Notes under the pieces: model-generated
What the model was told of the DNA's origin: nothing
Databases searched by the model: none
The model's input: the letters and a program-made list of their open reading frames with translations, nothing else
Translations under genes and position numbers: made by a program
In this document: positions 38,349 to 48,022 of the stretch, piece by piece
How the letters are laid out: every line of letters starts with the position of its first letter
How positions within the stretch are numbered: the first letter of the stretch is position 1
Source: Allosphingosinicella sp.
GTDB taxonomy: Bacteria; Pseudomonadota; Alphaproteobacteria; Sphingomonadales; Sphingomonadaceae
Length of the DNA: 64,000 nucleotides
Assembly: GCA_036399095.1 (NCBI GenBank)
Contig: DASWNT010000022.1
Span: 9,309 to 73,308 of the forward strand
Direction: 5' to 3'

Positions 38349-41300
38349 TTACAGGTTGAAGTCGCTCGCCGCCGGCACGAAACCCGGCTGGCCGATCACA
38401 AAGATGGTCAGGTCGGCCGCCCCGTCGCCGTTGATGTCGCCTTCCACCACCCAGCGGTTCGGGTCCTGCCCGTCCTGATAAGCGCGAAGCTGGCCTGCCT
38501 GGTTGGAAAAGGCATTGCTTCCGATCCAGCCGAAGGCGCTGTTGCCGTTGGCCGCGTTGCCGTCCGCGTCGATGTTCCACAGGTTGATCCGGTCGCCCTT
38601 GGCGAAATCCAGGATCGTATCGGCCGCGCCCGTGGCGGAATCGGCGACGGAGACATATTCGAACTTGTCGTCGCCGCCGCCGCCCTTGAGCAAATCGGCG
38701 CCGAGATTGCCGACGATCTGATCCTTGCCCGCGCCGCCGGTGATCGAGTCGTTGCCCCAGCCGCCGCGCACGTAGAACCTGCCGTCCGATTCGGCCGAAC
38801 CGTTGAACACCAGCACTTCGTTGCCGCGAAGGGTGCCGGCCAGTACAAGCAGCGTCTGGCCCGCCGCGACGTTCGCATTGTGCATGGTGTAGTTGTAGCT
38901 GCTCGGCGCTGCCGGATCGCCCGAACTGTAGCCGACGAGGCTTTCAATCCCGACCAGATCGTCCGCGTCGAACGCGATCGTGTAATTGCCGACCAGGGCA
39001 AGCGTGTCATAGCCGGCGCCGCCGTCGGTGCTGTCGGCGTTGGTCAAGGTGCCGCCGTAATAAATGAAGTCGTTGCCGCCGCCGGCGAACACCGCGTCGT
39101 TGCCGCCGTCGTGCATCACGATGAGATCGTCGCCGGCGCCCATGCGCACGAGGTTGTTGAGCGCATTGGCGTAGACGCCTTGCGATCCCGAAGACGTCCC
39201 GGTGAGGTTCTCGACGTTGGCCGCCAGGACGTACATCTGGTTGAAATCGGTGCGCGAGCCGAGCGAGGTACGAACCTCGTCCACGCCTTCGCCGGCATTT
39301 TCCAGCACCGCATCGTTCATATCGTCGAGCGTGTAGACGTCGTTTCCGGCGCCGCCGCTCATCGAATCCGCACCCGCGCCGCCGCTTAGTTCGTCGTTGC
39401 CGCCCCCGCCAAAGAGCTGGTCGTTGCCGGCGCCGCCGTCGATCTGGTCGTTGGCCTGGCCGCCGCGTAAAATATCCGCGCCGGCACCGCCGAAGATGGC
39501 GAAGCGGTCGTTCAATTCCGCCGAACCGTTGAAGTCCAGCGTCTCGGTCGCAAGCAGACCGGAAGCGTCGATCTTGAGTATCGCGCCGGCCGACACCGTC
39601 GCGTCGTTGGTCGCCATCTTGTATTGGAACGGCGTCGCGGCCTGAAGCCCAAGGCTTGTGTCGGAATGGCTTAGGAACTGGATCGTTTCCACCGCCACAA
39701 TCGTCTGCGCCGACAAGGTGACGTTGATGTTCGGCCCCTGCACCGTAACCACATCGGTTCCAGCGCCGCCGTTGATGCGATCCCACATATCAAGCGTGTT
39801 GCCGAAGTGGATCGTGTCGTCGCCGCCGCCGCCATTGACTTCGTCGCTGCCGCCGCGAACCAGCAGGTTTGAACCACCCTGGTACATGTGGAAGACATCG
39901 TTGCCGCCCGCGCCCGTCATCAGGTTCGAGAGGGTGTTGCCGGTGACGCTCTGCCCTTCCGCCGAAAGGCCGGTGAACCGCTCGACGTGGTCGCCCAGGG
40001 CGTAAGCGGCAAGCGCGCTACGCACTTCGTCGGTGCCGGCGCCGCTTTGTTCGTAAACGACGTCGCCCAGATCATCGACATAGTAGATGTCGTTGCCGTA
40101 GCCGCCGCCCATGAAATCCGCGCCGCCCGCGCCGTCGAGCGTATCCGCGCCCGACGAAGCGGTGATGTGGTTGTTGTAGGCGTTGCCGGTCAGCACCTGA
40201 CCCGAGGAGGACTGGCCGCTGAGGCGCTCGAGATGGTCGCCAAGCGTCCAATTGCCGCCGTTCACCGAAACGGTGTCGATGCCCTCGCCTTCGAGCTCGA
40301 TGATCGTGTCGCCGGCATAGACCGAATATTGGTCGTCGCCCTTGCCGCCGATCAGGGTGTCGTTGCCGCCGCCCGAGCCGATCACGTTGCCGCGATCAGT
40401 GCCGACCAGGCGCTGCTGGGCGGCCGTCCCATGGAGGTTCTCGAGATCGGCCCGGAGCGTGTAATCCGCAAGGCTGGTGACAACGGTGTCGCCCGAACCG
40501 TCGCCGACATAATCCCAGGGAATTGCATCCTCTTCCTCGACGATGACGTCGCCCGCATTGTCGATCGTGTAGCGGTCGTTGCCCTTGCCGCCGATCAACC
40601 TGTCGGCGCCCGCGCCGCCGTCGAGGAGGTCGCCGCGATCGGTGCCGTAGATGATGTTGTTCAGCGCGTTGCCGACGATGTAAGCGGTGCCGTCCGGGCC
40701 GATGCGGGCGTTTTCGATGTGGTCGGGAAGGTAGAACCAGCCGGTCAGAACGATCACTTCATCGATGCCGCCGTCGGCAAGCTCGATCACCGTGTCGTTG
40801 GGATGATCGACATAATAGATGTCGTTGCCGGCGCCGCCTTCCATCCGGTCGGTCCCACCGGCACCGTCCAGAATGTCGTTGCCCGCGCCGGCGCGGATCG
40901 TGTTCGCCTCGCCGTTGCCGGTCAGCGACTGGCCGGTGGCAAGGATGCCGGTGACGTTTTCGACATTGTAGAAGTCGGCGAGGCTGAAGACGGCCAGGGT
41001 CGTGCGGATCTCATCCGTGCCCCCGCTGGCACCGATATTCTCGGAGATCGTGTCGCCGAGATCGTCGACGTAATAGGTGTCGTTGCCGGCGCCGCCGAAC
41101 ATCCGGTCCGCGCCGCCGGCACCGTCGAGAATGTCGTTGCCGTCGCCGCTGCTCAGCGTGTTGGCGGTGGCGTTGCCGGTCAGCGTCTGGCCGCTTTGCA
41201 GCATTCCGCGCAGCCATTCGACGTTCGCGGACAAGGTGTAGACGGCGGCGCTCGCCTGCACCTGGTCGTTCCCGCCGTCCGAATCCTCGATGACCACGTC

Positions 41301-43274
41301 GCCGGTTTCGCCCACCTGGTAGATGTCGTCGCCCGCGCCGCCCGCCATGACATCGTTGCCGGTGCCGCCGATCAGCTGATCCGCACCGCCGAAGCCATGC
41401 AGGGTGTCCGCGCCCGCGCCGCCGATCAAGATGTCGGCGAGCTCGCCGCCGGCAAGCGCATCGTCGAGCGATGTGCCGGAAATGTTGAAGCGTTCGATGC
41501 CGGTAAAGGTCAGCAGGAAGCCGGCGCCGTTCGACAGCCAGCCGTCGAAGCCGCCGTTCGGATTCAGCCGCCAATAGGTCAGCCCGCTGCCGCTTGCGCT
41601 TGCCGGCAGGCTGAAGAAGAGGTGATCGACGCCCGATCCGCCATGGGCGACTTCCTCGCCCGCGAGATCGGCGTTGACGTAGAGCTGATCGTCGCCTTCG
41701 CCGCCATCGAGAATGTCGAGGCCGCTGCCGCCGTCGAGCAGATCGTTGTTCGCGCCCCCGGTAAGCGTGTCGCTTCCCGCTTCGCCGAGCAGATCGTCGT
41801 CGCCGTCGCCGCCCAGCAGGCTATCGTCGCCGCCCGCGCCGGCAAGGAGGTCGTTGCCCGCCTCGCCCTCCAGCGTGTCGACGCCCGCGCCGCCGTCGAG
41901 GAAATCATGGCCTTCGCCGCCGAACAACCGGTCGTCGCCATCACCGCCGATCAGCTCGTCGTCGGCGCCCATGCCGTAGAGCATGTCGTTGCCGCCGAAG
42001 CCGTGCAGCGTATCGGCGAAGGCGGTGCCGGCGAGCGCGTCCGCTTCTTCGGTTGCCGGAGCGATGACGAAGTGGGTGAGCTTCACGCCCGCGCCGCTGC
42101 CGTCGCCGCCCGTGGGGCTTGCATCCACCGTGATGAAGGTCAGGCCATTGGGGCCGACCGCCACGCCCGCGGCATATTGATCGCCATCGCGGGTGGTGTT
42201 GATCAGGAACTCGGCGCCGACCTTGGCTCCGGCGGCGTCGAAGAACTGCCCGCGCGCCGCGGCGCCGCTGCCGTCGCCGGTCGGCGTTTCGGTGGTGGTG
42301 GTCCACACCGCAACGAAGCCGCCGTCCGGCAAGGCGGTGACAAAGGAGGAATCCTGGTAACCGCTGGTATAGGTGTTGACGAGGAACTCGGTGCCGACGC
42401 GATTGCCGGCGGCGTCGAAGATCTGGCCCTTGATCCCGCTGTAGCTCGTATCGCCGCCGCGCTGGCTTGAATCGGTCCAGGTGACAACGAAGCCGCCGCC
42501 GGCAAGCGCCGCGATGCTCGGCGTCGACTGGGCGTTGGCAAGCTCCGTGCTGACCATGAATTCGGCGCCGGACTTGCTTCCGTCGGCGTTGAACAATTGG
42601 CCGACGATGCCGTTTTTGCTGCCAAGGTCGCGCCACACCACGACGTAGCCGCCGCCGGGCAGAGCCGCGACCCGCGACATGGATTGTTCATAGGTGGCGG
42701 TGGTGTTGGCGGCGAATTCGGTGCCGATCGGTACGCCCGCGGCGTCGAATCTTTGCACCCGGACGCCGATCGGGGAATTGCCGGTATTCGGCACCGTCGG
42801 CTCGGCGGTTGCGTCCGTCCAGGTCAGAACAAAGGTTCCGTCGGCAAGCACCGCGCCGCCGGCAAGCGTCTGCGCGCCGGCGACGTGGCTGTTGACCGCG
42901 ATTTCGCCGCCGGCCTTGCCGCCTGCGGCGTCGAAGACCTGGGCGCGGATGTTGGTGTCGGTGCCGGTGGCGTTGATGTCGCTCCACGCGACCACGAAGC
43001 CGCCGCCCGGCATGGCGAACAAGGCGGGCTGGGTCTGCGAGCCCTCGATGGTGGTGTTGACGAGGAACTCGCCGCCGGACGGCGTTCCATCCGCATTGTA
43101 AATCTGGCCGCGGATCGAATGGCCCAGGGGATCGGCGCCGGTGGCGCTGCGGTCGCGCCAGACGATCACGAAGCGGCCGTCGGAAAGGTAAGCGATCTGC
43201 GCCCAATCCTGGTGATCGCTTGTGGTTGTGTTGACGCGGACTTCGCCGCCCCGCCGCTCGTAAACCGTCGCCAT
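38349..43274 (-). CDS. giant RTX (hemolysin-type Ca-binding repeat) protein, probable T1SS substrate, 1641 aa
   Basis: The ATG at 43274 is preceded by GGGGAAGGG. There are seven N-terminal repeats of about 55 aa, many GGxGxDxL nonapeptides, and a serralysin-type C-terminal domain (DKFEYVSVADS...ILDFAKGDRINL...DINGDGAADL). Confidence 0.88.
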   Translation of the reverse strand: MATVYERRGGEVRVNTTTSDHQDWAQIAYLSDGRFVIVWRDRSATGADPLGHSIRGQIYNADGTPSGGEFLVNTTIEGSQTQPALFAMPGGGFVVAWSDINATGTDTNIRAQVFDAAGGKAGGEIAVNSHVAGAQTLAGGAVLADGTFVLTWTDATAEPTVPNTGNSPIGVRVQRFDAAGVPIGTEFAANTTATYEQSMSRVAALPGGGYVVVWRDLGSKNGIVGQLFNADGSKSGAEFMVSTELANAQSTPSIAALAGGGFVVTWTDSSQRGGDTSYSGIKGQIFDAAGNRVGTEFLVNTYTSGYQDSSFVTALPDGGFVAVWTTTTETPTGDGSGAAARGQFFDAAGAKVGAEFLINTTRDGDQYAAGVAVGPNGLTFITVDASPTGGDGSGAGVKLTHFVIAPATEEADALAGTAFADTLHGFGGNDMLYGMGADDELIGGDGDDRLFGGEGHDFLDGGAGVDTLEGEAGNDLLAGAGGDDSLLGGDGDDDLLGEAGSDTLTGGANNDLLDGGSGLDILDGGEGDDQLYVNADLAGEEVAHGGSGVDHLFFSLPASASGSGLTYWRLNPNGGFDGWLSNGAGFLLTFTGIERFNISGTSLDDALAGGELADILIGGAGADTLHGFGGADQLIGGTGNDVMAGGAGDDIYQVGETGDVVIEDSDGGNDQVQASAAVYTLSANVEWLRGMLQSGQTLTGNATANTLSSGDGNDILDGAGGADRMFGGAGNDTYYVDDLGDTISENIGASGGTDEIRTTLAVFSLADFYNVENVTGILATGQSLTGNGEANTIRAGAGNDILDGAGGTDRMEGGAGNDIYYVDHPNDTVIELADGGIDEVIVLTGWFYLPDHIENARIGPDGTAYIVGNALNNIIYGTDRGDLLDGGAGADRLIGGKGNDRYTIDNAGDVIVEEEDAIPWDYVGDGSGDTVVTSLADYTLRADLENLHGTAAQQRLVGTDRGNVIGSGGGNDTLIGGKGDDQYSVYAGDTIIELEGEGIDTVSVNGGNWTLGDHLERLSGQSSSGQVLTGNAYNNHITASSGADTLDGAGGADFMGGGYGNDIYYVDDLGDVVYEQSGAGTDEVRSALAAYALGDHVERFTGLSAEGQSVTGNTLSNLMTGAGGNDVFHMYQGGSNLLVRGGSDEVNGGGGDDTIHFGNTLDMWDRINGGAGTDVVTVQGPNINVTLSAQTIVAVETIQFLSHSDTSLGLQAATPFQYKMATNDATVSAGAILKIDASGLLATETLDFNGSAELNDRFAIFGGAGADILRGGQANDQIDGGAGNDQLFGGGGNDELSGGAGADSMSGGAGNDVYTLDDMNDAVLENAGEGVDEVRTSLGSRTDFNQMYVLAANVENLTGTSSGSQGVYANALNNLVRMGAGDDLIVMHDGGNDAVFAGGGNDFIYYGGTLTNADSTDGGAGYDTLALVGNYTIAFDADDLVGIESLVGYSSGDPAAPSSYNYTMHNANVAAGQTLLVLAGTLRGNEVLVFNGSAESDGRFYVRGGWGNDSITGGAGKDQIVGNLGADLLKGGGGDDKFEYVSVADSATGAADTILDFAKGDRINLWNIDADGNAANGNSAFGWIGSNAFSNQAGQLRAYQDGQDPNRWVVEGDINGDGAADLTIFVIGQPGFVPAASDFNL

Positions 43275-43450
43275 TGTCACCCTTCCCCGCGCGGGCGGGC
43301 GGCGTTTTGGCGCGGCGCTCCCGGATTCGCAGAGGTTTGGATGCGTCAAGCAAGCTAAAAAGTCAATGAATTCCGCTGCTAACGGGCAAGGCCCGCCCTT
43401 CCGAAATGCGGCCTCTGGCACCGCCCCGCGCCGCGCTCTAGGGTTGGGAA

Positions 43451-44455
43451 ATGGCGGGCGTTTTGAGTGGGATCAGGATCGTAGAGCTGGCGGGCCTGGC
43501 GCCGGCGCCGTTCGCCGCGATGATGCTTGCCGATCACGGTGCCGAGGTGATCCGGATCGAACGAACCGGCCAAGCGCCACCGATTCCGGCCGAGTTCGAC
43601 ATCCTCGCCCGCGGCCGCGCCGAGGTGCTGCAGCTCGACCTCAAGGATCCCGCCGATCTGGCGCGGGTGCGCGACCTTGCCGCCGGCGCGGATGGGCTGA
43701 TCGAGGGCTTCCGCCCCGGCGCGATGGAGCGGCTCGGCCTCGGCCCGGACGTGCTCTGCGCCGCCAATCCGCGACTGGTCTACGGCCGCCTCACCGGCTG
43801 GGGACAGGAGGGCGCGCTGGCGGAGCGCGCCGGGCATGACATCAACTACCTTGCTCTGTCCGGCGCCCTCTCCACCTACGGCCGCGCCGGCCAAGCGCCG
43901 ACTCCGCCGGTGAATGCGGTTGCCGATTTCGGCGGCGGCGGAATGCTGCTCGCTTTCGGGATGCTGGCCGGAATCCTCTCCGCCCGCGCCACCGGCAAAG
44001 GCACGGTGGTGGACTGCTCCATGGTGGACGGCGCCGCGCTTCTTTCGGCGCTTACCTGGTCGCTGCGCGCCGCCGGCATGTGGAAGGACGAGCAAGGCGC
44101 CAACCTCCTCGACACGGGAGCGCCTTTTTACGATTGCTACCGATGCGCGGACGGCGCGTGGGTGTCGGTTGGCGCGCTGGAGCCGCATTTCTTCGCGGTG
44201 TTGAAGGAGAAGCTTGGTCTTCGGTGCAAGCAGAACGACCCGGCGCTGCGGGACGAACTCACCGCCCTTTTCGCCTCCCAGCCGCGCGACCATTGGTGCG
44301 CGCTTCTGGAAAACAGCGATGCCTGCTTTGCGCCGGTGCTGAGCATGGCCGACGCGCCGCTTCACCCGCACAACCAGACGCGCGCCACTTTCATCGAGCG
44401 GCAAGGCCTTACCCAGCCGGCACCCGCGCCCCGCTTCAAGGATTTCCAATGCTAG
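43451..44455 (+). CDS. CaiB/BaiF family III CoA-transferase (alpha-methylacyl-CoA racemase-like)
   Basis: Motifs LSGIRIVELAGLAPAPFAAMMLADHGAEVIRIE, EGFRPGAMERLGLGP and GHDINYLALSG. Confidence 0.87.
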   Translation: MAGVLSGIRIVELAGLAPAPFAAMMLADHGAEVIRIERTGQAPPIPAEFDILARGRAEVLQLDLKDPADLARVRDLAAGADGLIEGFRPGAMERLGLGPDVLCAANPRLVYGRLTGWGQEGALAERAGHDINYLALSGALSTYGRAGQAPTPPVNAVADFGGGGMLLAFGMLAGILSARATGKGTVVDCSMVDGAALLSALTWSLRAAGMWKDEQGANLLDTGAPFYDCYRCADGAWVSVGALEPHFFAVLKEKLGLRCKQNDPALRDELTALFASQPRDHWCALLENSDACFAPVLSMADAPLHPHNQTRATFIERQGLTQPAPAPRFKDFQC

Positions 44456-45591
44456 ACACCAGCCGCCGCTTCGCCCTCAACGACGATCACCACGCTTTTC
44501 GCGACCAGGTCCGCCGCTTCTTCGAGCGCGAGCTCCTGCCCCACATGGACCGGTGGGAGGAAGACGGGATCATCGACCGCGCCTTCTGGACCAAGGCCGG
44601 CGAGGCGGGGCTGCTCTGCCCCACGGTGCCGGAGGAATATGGCGGCCCGGGGCTCGATTTCGGCTTCAATTCGGTGATCGACGAGGAACTCGGCTATGCC
44701 GGGTCGACCGCCGGCATCTCGCTCCATTCGGACATCGTCGCCGATTACATCGTTGCCTACGGGTCGGAGGAACAGAAGAAGCACTGGCTGCCGCGCATGG
44801 TCTCCGGCGAAACGCCGACGGCGATCGCAATGACCGAGCCCGGCGCCGGCTCCGACCTTCAGGGCATCCGCACAACCGCGCGGCGCGACGGCAACCATTA
44901 TGTGCTGAACGGCTCCAAGACCTACATCACCAACGGCCAGCATGCCGATCTCGTCATCGTCGCGGCCAAGACCGATCCGACCCTGGGCGCGCGCGGCGTG
45001 TCGCTGATCCTGGTGGAAAGCGACCGGGAGGGCTTCGCCCGGGGGCGCAACCTGGACAAGATCGGCTTCCACAGCCAGGACACGTCCGAATTGTTCTTCC
45101 AGGATCTGCGGGTGCCGATCACCAACTGCCTCGGCGCGGAAGGCATGGGCTTTGCCTATCTGATGAACCAATTGCCGCAGGAGCGGCTGTCCATCGCCTG
45201 CTCCGCGCAAGGCTCGGCGCAGCGGGCGTTCGACGAAGCGGTGAAGTTCACCAAGGAGCGCAAGGCGTTCGGCAAGACGGTGTTCGATTTCCAGAACACC
45301 AAGTTCACCCTCGGAGACTTGGCGGCCAAGCTGCAGGTCGGCTGGGCGCATCTCGATTGGGCGCTGGCGCGGCATATGAAGGGCGAACTCACCGCCGCCG
45401 AAGCGTCGGCCGCCAAGCTTTGGCATACCGAGCTGCAATGGGAGGTGTGCGACGCCTCGCTCCAGCTCCACGGCGGCGCCGGTTATATGAACGAGTATCT
45501 TATCGCCCGGCTGTGGCGCGACGCGCGGGTGACGCGCATCTTCGGCGGCACCAACGAGATCATGAAGGAAGTGGTGAGCCGTGCCATCTGA
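44449..45591 (+). CDS. acyl-CoA dehydrogenase
   Basis: The ATG at 44449 overlaps the upstream stop. Motifs AMTEPGAGSDL and YITNG, plus a C-terminal IFGGTNEIMKEVVSR with the catalytic Glu context. Confidence 0.9.
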   Translation: MLDTSRRFALNDDHHAFRDQVRRFFERELLPHMDRWEEDGIIDRAFWTKAGEAGLLCPTVPEEYGGPGLDFGFNSVIDEELGYAGSTAGISLHSDIVADYIVAYGSEEQKKHWLPRMVSGETPTAIAMTEPGAGSDLQGIRTTARRDGNHYVLNGSKTYITNGQHADLVIVAAKTDPTLGARGVSLILVESDREGFARGRNLDKIGFHSQDTSELFFQDLRVPITNCLGAEGMGFAYLMNQLPQERLSIACSAQGSAQRAFDEAVKFTKERKAFGKTVFDFQNTKFTLGDLAAKLQVGWAHLDWALARHMKGELTAAEASAAKLWHTELQWEVCDASLQLHGGAGYMNEYLIARLWRDARVTRIFGGTNEIMKEVVSRAI

Positions 45592-45599
45592 GCGGCACG

Positions 45600-47459
45600 G
45601 TGGCTGAGGCAGCCGCGCTTCCGAAGGGCAATTCAAGGGGTCGCATCGCCGGTCGCGCGCCTTGGGCGGTGTCGGTGGCGCTGGCGGCGGCCGCCACAGC
45701 CGTGTTCCTGAGCTTCGTTCCCCGCTTCGAGCTGCTAGGGTGGCGGCAGGCACTGGCCGCCAATGCGCGCGACACGCTGCTGCTGCTCGCCTGCTTGTGC
45801 ATCCATGGTGCCCTTGCGCACCGCCTTCAGCCACACCGGGCCGCGATCGCCCTGCTGTTCGCCGGGGCCTACACCCTGCTCGCGCTCGTTATGACCGCGA
45901 ACTATGTGATGCTGGCCGCCGCAGGCACCTTCTTCGATCTGGCGCTGCTTGGCCACCTCCGGCCAGGCAATATCGGCACCGCCTGGCCGGCGACCATGCC
46001 GATGCTGCCGGACGCATCAACCGTGCTTGTCGCGGGTTCCTTTGTCACCTTCCTCCTGGCGCTGGCGGGCGCGCGGTCGGGCCGCCTGTCGCTCAGGCTG
46101 ATCCTGATCCTCAGCGCCTTCCTCGCCGCGGTGAGTTTCACCGCAAGCCAGCTGGTCCCTCCGGCACCGCTCACCCGCCCATTCGCGATCAATCCGCTCC
46201 TTCACCTGGTTTCGCGCGCGCTGTTCCCGTCCACCACGCTTGCGGCGCTGCGCGGTCAGCATCCGCAGGCGCATCTGGTCGGCGACGCGGACTGGGCCGC
46301 GCAGCCGGCGCGGCCTGGCACCGGGTGCTGCGGCACGCCGAACATCCTGCTGCTGACGGTGGACAGCGTGTCGGCCGCGCAGTGGAGCCGGGAAGCCGTT
46401 CTCGCCGCGCCCGACATCTACCCCAACCTCGCGGCGCTCTACCGGCGAGGCACCTATTTTTCGAACTTCTACGCCAACGTGCCGCTGTCCGCGCTCAGCC
46501 AGCAGGCGATGATGAACGCGCTGCATCCGTCCGAACTGTTCAGCATGCGGGTGAATGGCGGATTTCCCACGCTTTCAGGCGAGCTTGCGGGCCGCGGCTA
46601 CGCCTCCGCCCATTTCATGACGGGACGCTTGTCGTTCTTGCAGGTCGATCGGTTCCTCGAGGGGCGCGGATTTCAAACGATTAAGGACAGCACGGGGCTG
46701 CGCTGCGCCCCTGAAGAGGCCAAGCAGGAAGCCTATTACGGCCACGGCGGCGACGATTGCACTGCGCGTGCGTCGGTGCAGTGGCTGCAAGGGCGCGGCG
46801 GGAAACCGTTTTTTCTTTGGACGTGGCTTGGCAACCCGCACTTTCCTTATTTCACCGGCAAGGGCCCCGACCCAGCAACCGACACCAGCAAGGACGCACA
46901 CGGCCTTGCACTGGCGGCCACGGACGCCGCGATCGGACGAATCACAGGGTACCTTCGCGCGACTGGGTTGGAGACGACGACGCTGGTCGCCCTTGTCGGC
47001 GATCATGGCCAAGCCTTTGGCGAACACGGGCTTTGGCGGCACGCCACCTCCGTTCATGAGGAGCAGGTGCATGTGCCGTTGCTTCTCGCCGGACCCGGAA
47101 TCGCGGCCGGTGGGACCGACCCGGTTCTTGGAAGCATGGTCGATCTCGCGCCAACCTTGCTCGACCGCGCCGGCTATTCCGTCCCGGCCGGGTGGCAGGG
47201 GCGAAGCCTGCTCGACGCCAACCGCCCGAAGCGCGTCTACTTCCGGTCGATCTACGGCGGCCGAACCGCCGGCTACCGCGAAGGCGACCGGAAAGTGATC
47301 CTCTCCGAATTCGGCCCGCCCGAGTTCTACGACCTGCGCCGCGACCCGGCCGAGCGCCGCCCCCTCCCCCTGTCCGCCGAACAGCAAAAGGCGGCGGAGG
47401 CGCGGATCGCCGCCTACATCCGATACAATCGCGGCGTGTGGTGGCCCCAGCGGCGGTGA
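45600..47459 (+). CDS. membrane-anchored sulfatase-family (alkaline-phosphatase superfamily) protein
   Basis: Several N-terminal TM helices are followed by NILLLTVDSVSA, VALVGDHGQAFGEHG and HVPLLLAGPG. GTG 45600 is the first in-frame start after the acyl-CoA dehydrogenase stop, so the start is uncertain. Confidence 0.65.
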   Translation: MAEAAALPKGNSRGRIAGRAPWAVSVALAAAATAVFLSFVPRFELLGWRQALAANARDTLLLLACLCIHGALAHRLQPHRAAIALLFAGAYTLLALVMTANYVMLAAAGTFFDLALLGHLRPGNIGTAWPATMPMLPDASTVLVAGSFVTFLLALAGARSGRLSLRLILILSAFLAAVSFTASQLVPPAPLTRPFAINPLLHLVSRALFPSTTLAALRGQHPQAHLVGDADWAAQPARPGTGCCGTPNILLLTVDSVSAAQWSREAVLAAPDIYPNLAALYRRGTYFSNFYANVPLSALSQQAMMNALHPSELFSMRVNGGFPTLSGELAGRGYASAHFMTGRLSFLQVDRFLEGRGFQTIKDSTGLRCAPEEAKQEAYYGHGGDDCTARASVQWLQGRGGKPFFLWTWLGNPHFPYFTGKGPDPATDTSKDAHGLALAATDAAIGRITGYLRATGLETTTLVALVGDHGQAFGEHGLWRHATSVHEEQVHVPLLLAGPGIAAGGTDPVLGSMVDLAPTLLDRAGYSVPAGWQGRSLLDANRPKRVYFRSIYGGRTAGYREGDRKVILSEFGPPEFYDLRRDPAERRPLPLSAEQQKAAEARIAAYIRYNRGVWWPQRR

Positions 47460-47512
47460 TGCCGGACCGGCCGCCCGCCACCGCCCTTTCCTCTGTCACG
47501 AATTTGTCATAA

Positions 47513-48022
47513 TCGGGCGCCTCCTCACCGGAGCATTTCGCCATTCGCCAGATTGCAGCCCTTCCCTACCGAGCGGGCGGTTCCACGTTCGACGCGCCGG
47601 TCAGCATCCTGCTGATCACCTCGCGCGAGTCGAAGCGCTGGGTGATCCCCAAGGGCAATGGGATGAACTCAGTGGCGCCGCACACCGCCGCCTCCATCGA
47701 GGCGGAGGAGGAAGCGGGGGTGCGCGGCGCGGTGTGCCCGACGCCGCTCGGCTCCTACCGCTACCGCAAGCGGCGGCGGAACGGCGCATCGCTGATGCTC
47801 GACGTCGACGTGTTTCCGCTGGCCGTAACCCAGGAGCTCGGCAGCTGGAAGGAAAGCCACGAACGCGAACGGCGCTGGTTCAGCCTTTCCGAAGCCGCCG
47901 ACGCGGTGGAGGAGGAGGATCTCGCCGATCTGATCCGGTCTTTTAACGCTTCCGAATTCAACAATGCCGCCCGGCGCAACACGATGCTTGGAGCGGTTGC
48001 AGACAAATCGAAAGTAGGTCCG
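47513..48022 (+). CDS. NUDIX-like reading frame without its own canonical start or stop
   Basis: IRQIAALPYRAGGS...ILLITSRESKRWVIPKG...IEAEEEAGVRG matches a NUDIX family. There is no ATG/GTG/TTG between the in-frame TAA (47510-47512) and the conserved N-terminus. The frame continues into the next gene. Confidence 0.45.

Noticed and set aside
39888-42470. 860-aa plus-strand ORF (plus several 100-260-aa ORFs) antisense or out of frame within the RTX gene; the periodic DNA could be mistaken for a tandem or CRISPR-like array
   Set aside because: The periodicity is explained by coding RTX nonapeptide and supra-repeats. The units are imperfect at the DNA level and have no unique spacers, so this is not CRISPR.
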